From Paramecium tetraurelia (lineage: Eukaryota): a stretch of DNA of 64,000 bases. Where the stretch lies: contig CT868005.1 in assembly GCA_000165425.1 (NCBI GenBank), positions 124,001 to 188,000 of the forward strand, given 5' to 3'. This document shows positions 11,520 through 23,483 of this stretch, piece by piece (within the stretch, counting starts at the first letter, position 1; each line of letters begins with the position of its first letter). The notes below the pieces were generated by a model. It was not told where the DNA came from. It did not search any database and was given only the letters and a program-made list of their open reading frames with translations. Both the position numbers and the translations under genes were made by a program.

Positions 11520-14267
11520 TCATATAACAGGGATATTTTTTAAACTTTTAGATAATCTCTTTACAGCCTTGAGTACTAAAAGGGCTGTTTTAATCTAGAA
11601 AGATTAAGATCAATATAAATACTCTGGCAGGTTTACGGATAAAATTTTACAATTTTTTGGTTCTTCTGTCCAACCTAGAGATTCTTTACTCTTCATAATT
11701 TAATAAATTTCTATTTTAAGTTTTACTGAAGAAATTAGTGATTGCTACAGCTTCTAAGTCATAACAATAATATTGTGCATAAGCAATGAGTTCTTCTTCA
11801 CCGAATGTTTAAGAGTTTAAGGATACATCAGTCATAATTTTGGCTTTCTATTTTTAATATTGGGGTATAATTTTAGAAATATTGCTTTCTGGATAATAGA
11901 TATGATATTCATGATATTTTTCAAAATTAGGGATGGATGAGAATTCTTTCCATTCCTTTTTGCGTGACAATGATATCTTCTTATGGAAATCTTCTAAATA
12001 TTTATTTATTCTGTCCAAAGCCACTTTATCAATTTGATCGTCCTCTGATCCACATGAAATAGTTAGTTTTCCCATAGGATCACGTCGAATAATTGTTGTA
12101 ACCTTGGCTGCAGTTCTGATTTTGCGACCTATGGATTCAGTTTTAAGACAACTATTGTCACTTTTACGATGTCTCAATCTTACTGATGATTTGAATCTGC
12201 GATCAAAATTGTCTAATCTATTGATTTGATTAATAGCATTATAATCATCTTCCTCAGTCTTTATACTTTGGACTTCCGATTACTCAATACTTATCAACAT
12301 ATGAGATTTATGTTCTTAGTAATATTGTATCTTCTTTTCAGTGTTCATGAACTTATCTTAAATACGAGAGATGAGATTGTGATGAAATCGAGCATTGTAA
12401 TCCAACCGGTCCTTTCTTACAAAGGAAGACTATTAGACATGTTTTACTTATTATAAGAAAGCTAAATAATGTGATGCCTATCTAATATCAATCAATTAAT
12501 TTACACTTAGAAGTGCAATGATGGACAATCTCTGGCAATATGATCATCCATCTAACACATATAACATCTTATGCTTATTGGGCTATAATCTTTATCAAAG
12601 ACTATTTTGTGTCTGATTTTAAAGTAAGTTTGAACGTCATTACTATATGATCTTGCTAATTTCAGAAAATCAATTGAATTTATTATGAAAATATTACAGA
12701 AATCTACACTCTTAGCACTAGCAGTTCGCTTTTGAGCAGAATAGAAACTGATTTCTCCAAAGAATTCATTCTTGCCTTTCTTATCAACAGAGATATTTGT
12801 TTTCTGGAAATAAATGTCCACTTCTCCAGATTGTATCATGAATATGTCATATGATTCATATTCAGATTCATCAAAAATGATTTCCTAAGGACAGAACACT
12901 TTCTCCTTCATTATGGGCATCACTTACAATACCAAGAAGTCGTAGGAATGATTTGACCAAAAGATATCCAAATAACCAAATAATTTACCATTCACCTATT
13001 CTTACAACTCTTTTGATAAGTCCACTGACAAAGCTCCAGTAATCTATTATAACACCACTCCTCCGTTCCTATCCCACACATATTCCAAATACTTTCTAAT
13101 TTTATTCTGAAGTGTCTCTGGAATCTTGGCTTTTTTCATATATTTATTTACTTAACTTAACTTATCCTTAGTTTGACTTGACTTTTCACTTATTTTTTAC
13201 AATGCAAACCCAATTGAATTCATTGTGAATGCAAAACCACCACAAGCAATCAATAACAAAAAAATACCTAGAAATCTTTCAGTTGGATTTAATGGACTTA
13301 TATCTCCATATCCAACTGTTGTCATTGTTGTCACTCCCCAATACAATGAATTTATGTACCTTATATACCAATCCTTATTATATAAATCCCCCAACCATGA
13401 ATTATTCTTATCCTCCTATTATGCAGTAAAATGAAATATGCAACCCAAAAGGTGTGCGAAAAATAACACAAACAAAAACAATTTGCCAAATGTTAATATT
13501 GCTGCCAATATTGAATTCAATTAGAGTATCTCATTAAATTTATCCATTATCTTCTTCAATTTGGCCAATCTCAGTAATTTTAATATCTTTATGAATCTCA
13601 AAAACTTCAGCAATCTTAACAGTTTTGCACTCTAGATGTAATTTGATGACTCATCCAATATTATATCATATGGGAATGTAGTTGTAAAGTCAACCCAAAA
13701 CCAAAATTGAACATAATCCTTTATTATCGCATTCCTATTCATCTTTAATAGACCGTCCTCAAAAATCCCAGTGTTGAAATTCAAGATAATGTCAAATGCA
13801 AATATTCCTGTTGAAACTCTTGAAAATTCCACACTCACATCAATCTCAAAACTTATTTATAAAGGAATACTAATCATCTCATACATCACTAATCCAAGAC
13901 ATAATAAATCCCACATCATCTTCACTGACCCATCAGGACTTAAAATATAAGGTTTTTCTATAGTACATCCTTTGATCATCTTTTTCAATAATCCTCTTAA
14001 ACGCAATTAAAATTTCACCCAGTTAAATTCCACATATGACAATGCACTTGATCTTCTCTAAACCAAAATCAATCCCATGCTCTTTCTCCAATTCAGTTTT
14101 TTCTTCGTCTTCTGCAGCACCTTAAATTCCTTCTTCTATTCCTTAATCTCCTCTTCATCTGAGTTCTCACTCAACACCAACTTGTCTCCTAAGAAATGAT
14201 ATTCCTTGCCTTCCAAAACCTAAAAACTTTGGTTGTGAGCCTACTCTATATACTGTTTATGAAACAT
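11520..14267 (-). CDS. EAG/KCNH-like potassium channel with cyclic-nucleotide-binding domain
   Basis: Pore TTMTTVGYGD; S4-like LLRLLKFLRFIKILKLLRLAKL; CNBD FFGEISFYSAQKRTASAKS; stop at 11520 assumes a 28-nt last intron. Confidence 0.93.
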
Positions 14268-14425
14268 ATGTATTTAATTTATATATATTAATTACAGAAT
14301 ACAGTTTTAACTAAACAATCTACCTTTTAAAAACTATATAGCAATTTTGATGTCTATATTTATTAAAAAATAAATCAACTCAAAATAATTGTTTATAATA
14401 CTTTGTACTTTGATAATATCAAAAG

Positions 14426-16276
14426 TCATTCCTATTGATTCTAATTCATTTTTTGAAAATATTAGAGTTATTAATAATAATTGAGTGCCTATTAATTCCA
14501 TTAATCCTGTGGCTAAATAGATTATAAGAAAGGAAACTACTGCTACTAATTCAAAGAGGACTATTATAATTAAGGAGAAATGATCTATTGTGGTTATTAA
14601 TACATCATCATGGCTTATTATAAGAGCATAGCTTAGTATTATTGAAATTAAACTGGAGATTAGAATTATTGTTATTGTTATTGCTATTATTATTAAAACA
14701 ATTAATATTATTATGTCATCATTTGTTATTATTAAAGATATTATTAATATTGAATTGAAGTTTAATTCATCCTTTATTGTTATTCATATATTTATTGAAG
14801 CTATTTATTCTTTTCTTACAATTTAGAGGGCTTATTATTTTCAGCAGCATTGACTTTTTAAGCAAAACGCTTAACGTTGTAATTAGCAAGAGAAAATTTT
14901 AAGACGATTTGACCATGATGATTGAGAAAATGGCTATCATGCAATCTGTTTAATAAGGCAATGAATTCATTTCTATAGTCCTAAGATAAATATTCATAAA
15001 GTCTCTATATTGGATAATTAGCAAATTAATCATTCACTAATTTTCGAAATGAACTATAAATATTAAAGTAAAATCGTACCTTTCAGAAACTGAAACTTCC
15101 TCTTCCCAAAGTTTTTGTCTCCATTGTGTTCCTGCATAAACTATTGCCTTTTCTGCCACATTACTACCATACTTATCCAGGGACATTGCGACAAAATCTT
15201 TGATTAGGTAATTATTCAAGAGTAATCTTTTGTGATTCTCTTAACCTTTTTCCAATATTTACTAAATGATATAATTAGCATATTGTCTTCTTATCAAACA
15301 TGAGGAATTTTTGATAGTTCTAATAATGATGTCATTTGTGATAGATTTAGTATTTGGATCGATAAGTTTAGGAAATATATCGATTATTTTATTGACAATG
15401 AGGCATCCGTATTAATCAGTTGATAATTCCAAGGAGTATTAATTTGGATTTAAAATCTAGTATATTATAATTAATTTACATATTTATCGAATATTTTTAC
15501 AAGAGATTCTAAATCCTTCTCATCCAAAACATCTAAACTTTTAGTGAATATTTGATTTCCAATTTTATCTGTGTATAATCTTCTTGTAAAATTGTTTTCT
15601 TCCAAAATAAAATTAATGTATTTTTAAAAATGAGGCTGAGATTCTTAAGAATACAAGGACATAACCTCTAATCCCTTTTGCATCACCTTACAAGCATGAA
15701 GATCAACTACTAGTTTCTTAATCGAATGAAAAATTTAGTCTAGGATTATGTTTCTACAATTTGTTGGCCCTAATTTATTTATAATAAATACCAAATTCGA
15801 TAATTTTTTCCAGTATGTAATGCATATATTTGTCTAAACTTAGATGTATAATATTGTTTCTAATATAGGTGTTAAATATGAATTCCCTTTCTTTTATATT
15901 GGCCTGCTCATATTCCGATTACATTTTTCTGGAGTTCCTTGTCAGTTTTTCGTGACTCAAATATGAAGACCTAAGTTTATTAATTTTGATCTTGTACATA
16001 TCAGCAGAGAAGGCTTGAATCAATGATGGACGATAATTGTCAGTAAGCAACACATTCTAGAGTTGTTTATTCAATGAATTGAATTCATCATCTACATAAT
16101 ATTGAGATTTTACCATCTTGGTTAAGTTGATCCTCAAAAACTTAAGAACAGAAGACCTTAGAGGTATTGGTATTATCTAATAACCCTGGGGTTGCAGTAG
16201 ATTCACTTTTGCTTGGGAAGCATTAATGAAATTCATCCTGGTCTGAATTAAATTCGATTGGGATTGGATTTGACAT
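14426..16276 (-). CDS. Pumilio/PUF RNA-binding protein with Gln-rich C-terminal tail
   Basis: PUF repeats (DLHACRVMQK, DQYGCLIVNK, RRQYANYIIQ, DKYGSNVAEK, DQFANYPIQR); TGA at 14426. Confidence 0.92.
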
Positions 16277-17912
16277 TATTTTATTTAACATTTAATAATT
16301 AATGAAAAATGGCATCATCTATTTTAGAATTAATTGACACAATATTTAAAATATTTCTTTATATAAAATCTAATATTTAAATTGCATTTCCAAAATTGAA
16401 CACATCATTAACTTTTTTACAATATCTGATGTCTAACTTATATAATTTAAATATTAAGAAATCCATCATCTATAGATTATATCAACTGAAGATGATCAGG
16501 ATAACTAATATTTTCATGAAAATCAAAAAGACTTTATTATTCGTTTTCTCAAATCAATTTTGATTGTCAATCTAAAATAGGCAAATACTCCTATTTTGGA
16601 CGAAGAAAACTAAATTATATATGTTCTTAAACTAAAAGAACAAAAGATCAGCCTGATTTTAGGCAACCTCTGAATACACCTCCTTTCCTATATCAAATAG
16701 CAAATTGGAGAGAATCATCAAATTAAACTTCACTCAAAAGTTGCTCTTTGCAAAAGTGTAATCACTTAAATAATTAATGATTCCTACCCCCAATCTAAAA
16801 TTCAGAAACAATTGGAACATTGTTAAGCATGATGCCTCTCATAGGTGGGTTAGCAAAGAGTTTATCAAATTTGAAGACCATACACTTCTATAAACTTTAG
16901 TAGAGAAACAATGACTTACCTTCATCGCCTAGTGTACTTAATTAGACTTAAGAATTAGTTAATTCAAATTAATTATCATAAGTTATATCTCTTAACATAT
17001 TGGAGACCTAAATACTACTTAAAAACTATATTTTACATATAATGGCATTCCTAATAATTCCTTCACCGTTTTTCCTTTGATTTAAGTTCGTAAATTTATA
17101 AGTTTGTTAGTTAGTCGTTATTGTTCGATATTTTTAATTCCATAAACAGAATAATTGAAATCATCAAAAGAAAAATATGGAAAAAATATTCTTTTTTTTT
17201 GTAAAGTTTTAATATATAATCTATTTGTCTAATTGTTAGAAGTGAGTGATATTGAATTATTAAAACAAAATAGATGAATACTTAAAAAATACTAAAATTT
17301 TTAACAATGATAATCTATCATTAATTAAATATCAAATATCAGAAATCAGACTTCATTGAAGATCTTAGAGTTAATAATAATACAATACTATCAAATTGTC
17401 AATCAAATATTCTATCTTTCATCAAAATGGTTCTTTCATTTAATTATTTACTCATTTACTTAATTTCGAACATTTGCTGAACTTAATTGAATAATAAAAT
17501 TATTTACCTACATCCCCTCATGAATATAAACAGCCATCATTCTCTGTGAATTTTCTTTTATAATGAGATCATCCTTAATTACTTTTTCATTATTGTATTA
17601 TTGTATTATTCTCTTTAAATTCTACTATGTATATTAATCATTCAATTTGAATTCATCAACCTTTCCTTAATTTTGTTAAAAATAAAGTCTTCGTTAGAAT
17701 CCACTTTGATTAATCAATTAAATTCCTTAGTTTGGGAATTGGTTGCATTTATTAAATGGCTATTTCATCATATTTTTTATTCAAAATCTGAACTAAATTT
17801 ATCATTTAATTTTCATTTCAATTATCATTATTTTTTCCTTAACTTAATTTACTTTTTAGCATCTTCTAAATAATTCTTAAAGGACTAGATTTACGTAATT
17901 TATAATAATTAA

Positions 17913-19030
17913 ATGGGTAATGCAAGTACTTGTTGTTCACATCCTATAGTACAAAATAAGGATACTTTGATTCCCTTCCAGAAGAATATGTTAGTCAATG
18001 AAGACTGTGACGTTCATGAATGGGAAGCAGATGATTTTGTAAAGATTGGTCTTTGTAAATCAATTAATCATATTTGATTCAGAAAGTCACCCAGTCAAAG
18101 AACACAAGCTTTTTGATTAGCCTTCTGTTATTAGGAGAATGGAGAGTGTCGAGGCACCTAAATTGGGTTAACGATTGGATGCATTTCCTGAGATTGAAAA
18201 TTAAATAGTCCGGACTGTCCTAAATCAATTGCCTACACTTATAATACCACAGGATTTGGAGAGAGGTGAAGAAAATCCGCCTATTAAATTTGACAACGAT
18301 TTCATTTATCATGGAGAATGGAAGGATAGCCAAAAACATGGGGTTGGAAAATTGTTGTGGCCAGATGGCAGCTATTATGAAGGTGGATTTGTTAATAATG
18401 AAACATCTGGGTTTGGAAGATTAATTCATTCTTTTGGAGATTATTACGAAGGAAGTTGGAAACACGACTAAGCTAATGGCTACGGTAAGTACCACAGATA
18501 CAGAAATTAAGCTACCTATGAAGGGAACTGGGTTAATGATAAATAGTAAGGATAAGGAAAAGAAACATGGCAAGATGGATCTTCTTATGAAGGAGAATAT
18601 TTAAATGGAAAAAAATAAGGAAGAGGAATGTTTAAATGGGGCAATGGCAATATGTATTTAGGAGACTTCAAAAATAATAAAATGGATGGACATGGAGTTT
18701 ATTATTGGAAGAGTGGTAAGGTATATGATGGTGAATGGAAAGAAAATAGAATGGATGGAGAAGGAGTAAGTTAATTAATTATATATTTCATAGTCATTCA
18801 ATTGGCCAGATGGTAGAAAATACAAAGGAGGATATAAGAATGATCTTAAGGAAGGTTACGGAATATTTGAATGGTCTGATGGGCGTTATTACAAAGGAGA
18901 ATGGAAACAAGGCAAATAGCATGGTAAGGGAGTTCTCAGGATGGATTAATCGAAAGAAATAACTGCTGAATGGGTCAATGGCAAAATGCTCACGGATAAA
19001 TAAATTGAGTAATAAGCTACAGGTTCATGA
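17913..19030 (+). CDS. MORN-repeat protein with predicted N-terminal acylation
   Basis: Starts MGNASTCC; tandem MORN repeats such as YHGEWKDSQKHGVGKLLWPDGSYYEG. Confidence 0.93.
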
Positions 19031-20061
19031 TACTTTTTATATAAAATCATTAAGAAAATCAATTATTATTGAATTCTTAACCTTATGCCTCAAAATTCGA
19101 ATAATTATCTTTATAAATATTATTATAATACACTTCATGCCAAGTTACTCTATTCAGATTAGGGTCAGTTAAATCAAATTTAAAAGATATACAAATTATA
19201 AATAATACTGAATAAATTTCATATTGAAATCATAAAGATAAAAAATAGCAATTAATTATAATATGATTTTTATAGTTTAAATGCTCTCATCGATAAATTT
19301 AAAGAGCATTGATCAATAAATTAGTTGTTGTTAATTTCCATCTTACTAATTTATAAAGATCTTAAATTCAGTAAAGTGGATGATCTTGAGAAAGCATAAG
19401 CTCAGATACTTCTAATTATATATTTGAGCTTTATTCTACTAATATTAATCAAAAAAAAATTTAAAGTTAAGTTTAGATATCATTTATTATCTAATTTAAG
19501 CATTTCTTTTATAAATAAACTTTCTTGAATGCTAAGCATATATCAATAATATTTAAAAATTTATAATTTTCATACTATTAGAGCTGCAAATTTATATAAA
19601 GTAAAATTAATTATAAGTAAGTAAAATGTATTAAGGAGATTTCTTTAAAGTTGTGGGAAGAAAAAAAAATTGCATCTCTAATAAAGTATGAATATATCAA
19701 TTTATCATTTATATTAATCAGAGTTAAAAATGATATGCATTTTTTTGTGATTGTGATAATTGTTATTGTTAACATACACTTTCTGAATAAAAGGAATTGA
19801 TCTTCAACAAAAAATAATATGTATGTTTCAAAAAGGAATTTTTATTAGCCTTAATAATGATAAATTTTTATATTAAGAAATATAATTAGTATAATATCCA
19901 AATGATGTGAATTTATATAAACTTTAAGTTGATGCACATTTTATAAAGATGAAAGAGGAGTATAAAATTATAGGGAGTGATTTTAATTATTTTTCAAATT
20001 TAAAGTGATTCTTCGAATATTCTGTGATAATATTAATTTATTCTAAACATAATATATAAAT

Positions 20062-21594
20062 ATGGTTAATCAACTAATAATATATAGGGCAGTCATAGCA
20101 GGTAGTTTGGGAGTTGGCTACTTCCTCTATAGAAAGATGTTGTCAGCAACTATGATCAATCATAATTTGTTATTAAATTAGTCTCAAACTAATGATCTAT
20201 ATTATAGAAACTATGCTCAAGGAGCAAACAATGCTATCATTGCAGGTCATAGTGTTAATAGATAAGAAGATATAAACAAGAGAAAGAAAGTGCTAATTAT
20301 TGGTGCAGGTATTATTGGAATCGCATAATCCTTAAAATTACTATCAGAAGGTTATAGTGTGATCTTAGTAGACAAGGATTAGGATATAGCTTAATAGGCT
20401 AGTTATTACAATGGATGTGTTTATGTACCGGAATCTGTGAAGACTATGATCAATACAGCAAATATGTGGACTATGATTAAGAATATTTTTAAGAATCCTG
20501 AAGACACTACATTAAGATTTAATGTGAATGCTTTCTTTGAGAAGTATTTCATGATTTGGAGTTTAAATGCCTTATTAAAAACTACTACCAAGTAACTATG
20601 AATTGAATATTAGTTCGAAAGTTCATTCATTAGTTGAACATTAATTACAAATGGGGAGAATCAACATGAGTGAAATGGAAAAGATATAAAAGAATACAAA
20701 TATATTGGAGGGTTAATTAACTTGTAAGGAACTTTTAGGATTCTATGATTCTGAACCAAGCAAATCTTCTATGATGAAAACCTTAGATAAATTTAATATT
20801 AAACATTCTGAAAAATCAAAGTTTTAATCGGGCTATGGCAAAGTGATAGCAGAGAAATTATAGCATTGCATTAAATTTGATGTTGGAAGCAATATAGATA
20901 CCAGATAGTTATCTGAAAGGATAATTGATTATTGTATTGATAATTATTCTGGCCATTTTTATATATCTACAAATACAAATGTAAAAGGATTTGCACTGGA
21001 TCCAAAAGGGTAAATAATTGGAGCAATGACCAGCTAAGGAATTATTTTAGCTGATTATTTTGTTATAGCAGGTGCTCATAAGACTAAATACTTAACAGAT
21101 AAATTGGGAATTAGAGTTCCAATAATGCCTATTAAAGGATGGGCATTAGGAATTAGAGTGCCTAATGATACATTTTTTAAAGAATACACCTTCTTTACTC
21201 CTTAATATTTTTCAACTTATGTAAACAATGAAATCAGATTGTCATGTGGAGCTGAAATTGGATCAGATTTTAGTAAGGAGATACCTAGTGAAGAATGGGG
21301 AGCTAAAATGGGATTGAAGCATTTTAATTAAGTAATATCTAAGTTAACTCATAGCATTTTGGATTCAATATCAATATGGATGATTGTTATGTTAGACATT
21401 GCTATAGACCAATAACTCCTGATGATATTCCCATCATCAGCTAGGTGCCTGTCTTTAACAATGTGTTTATTTCAGCAGGACATGGCTCAAAAGGAATGAC
21501 TTACTGTTTTGGATCTGCTGAAATTTTGTTTCAGATTTTGAGTGGAATTAAAGAATATCCAGAATATAATATCAATAGATTTTACTTAGTTTGA
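20062..21594 (+). CDS. FAD-dependent D-amino-acid dehydrogenase/oxidase (DadA-like, DAO family)
   Basis: VLIIGAGIIG; ASYYNG; PIMPIKGW; CYRPITPDDIPII; SAGHGSKGMTYCFGSA. Confidence 0.88.
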
Positions 21595-21620
21595 AAATAT
21601 AATTAATCAATCGAATAATA

Positions 21621-23334
21621 TCAACTGATAACTCTTTAAAGCATTTCTTAGGCTGTGGTTCTTCCATAATTTGATGCTGGTGATTGTATTATACTATCCT
21701 TATTGCTCTGTCTTTACTTAACCTAACTTAATCTTTCAATCAGAGTCTCATATTTTATCACTTTATATTCTGCCAATTCTGGAACATCATAATTTTCTTA
21801 TAACTACTCCATATCCAACATTAATTCAACTATTGTTTCTTCGACCTAATAAAAATGTTCAATTTGATTGTATAAATCCTTTTCATACATCTAAATGTAA
21901 TTTAATAAAACATCATTACTCTTTGTACTCATAAAAACGGAACTACAAGTCGTTGATATTTGCGAAATTTCTGAGGCTTCCAAACTTTCTTAGGTTTCAT
22001 TTAAACATTAATAATCTTTGTCTTCTATTTTTTATTGTGAAATCTATTTAATTAGTCCTCTAATTTATTATTTTGGATTGTATCTTCCCAATACTTAATT
22101 TGCCAACTGAAGTTCATCAGGATTTTAATATTACTTTATTTGTAATCTTATACTCTCCTCTTTATGCTGGCTTATAAGATTTTTGAATTATTCAATTCTT
22201 TTAGATGACAAATTTTAGAAAATGATAAATTAATAGATATACTAACCAAAAGTGTAATGTAGAATTTACTCATCTATCAAGTATTAGTGGTTTGATGTCA
22301 TTTCTACAGCGATTTCTGCCAAGACATAGATCTCAGGATCATATTAAAAATTAGGTTATCCATAATGTTAAACATTAGATTAATTTGTGCTAATATCAAT
22401 CAAATATTAAATGTATCTTCTTAATAATTAGACTTTAGTGTTTTGGATTCTACTATTGAATAGTTGATGTTCAAATTCCTTTCTTAATACTTTGATACAT
22501 TTGTTTGAATTAATTACCCAGAGTGTAGTCATAAAATGACGGAATGTGAATTTAGGAATCTTATATTTATGTAGAGTTTCATCTATGATTTAATTGAATA
22601 GGTTAATTATTGAGGAGGTGGACCATTCCATTATGCTAATCCATCCGCAATAACGATCCCAAAGTTCAATAAATTGTGCCAAATTTACGTTATCAAATCT
22701 CATGTTTAAATAGACATTATAGATTTTAATATAATCCTAGATGCTGTAAATGTTCATCAATGAGTGTGGCATTTAGATATGAACCTCACATCCTTATCTC
22801 AACTTGAGTATTTATTCGAAATGTTTACTGCCATATTGTTTGACTTATTCATATTCTTTAGTTTGCACTTTTTAGAAGTTGGTTTCAAAATATAGAATGC
22901 TTTTCTGGAATGAGCTGTAATTAAATTTATTTTCTATAAATGTTGGATGTTGTTAAATATTGAATCGAATACTTTTGATAGCGTTTTCATATGGAATGCC
23001 TTTAATTGGAGTACATAATAATAATCTTAGTAGTTGTTTCCACTACTTTGAAAGTATGATGTCACTTTTCACATTGAGAAGCTTCTAACAATGAACTTGA
23101 TAGCAACTAGACACTTAACCAAAAATTTAGTATGTGGTGGAAGAAACTGACAACATAATATTGAACTCTTTTAATGTTAAGAAGCTTGAGATAGTGCTTA
23201 TAATATTTATAGATAATTTGTTGAATTGGCTTAAAATAAATTTATGAATACTTTTCTATTCTGAGTCCCAAAATCAATTTTAATTTATCACTAATTTTGT
23301 TTTTTTTATTTGCGCCTGATTTAAGATTACCCAT
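21621..23334 (-). CDS. Hypothetical protein with possible N-terminal F-box-like motif
   Basis: After a 22-nt intron: FNKLSINIISTISSFLTLKEFNIMLSVS; long helical frame to TGA at 21621. Confidence 0.65.
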
Positions 23335-23483
23335 AAATTTTATAAATTAAGGTTTATAATATATAAATTTAAAGTCTTGATTCCTTACTTTAATCTAAGA
23401 CTTTTTATGAATGGGAAAATATATATAAATTGTATTTTGTTTTTGTACTAATTCTATTATTCAAATATTAAATTTAAGCAATT

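Noticed and set aside
14560..14760. (TTA/TTG)n low-complexity tract as a non-coding satellite
   Set aside because: It is the antisense of poly-Gln codons in the Pumilio tail
18290..18990. Periodic GGA/TGG-rich repeats that could suggest a DNA repeat array
   Set aside because: Explained by protein-level MORN repeats
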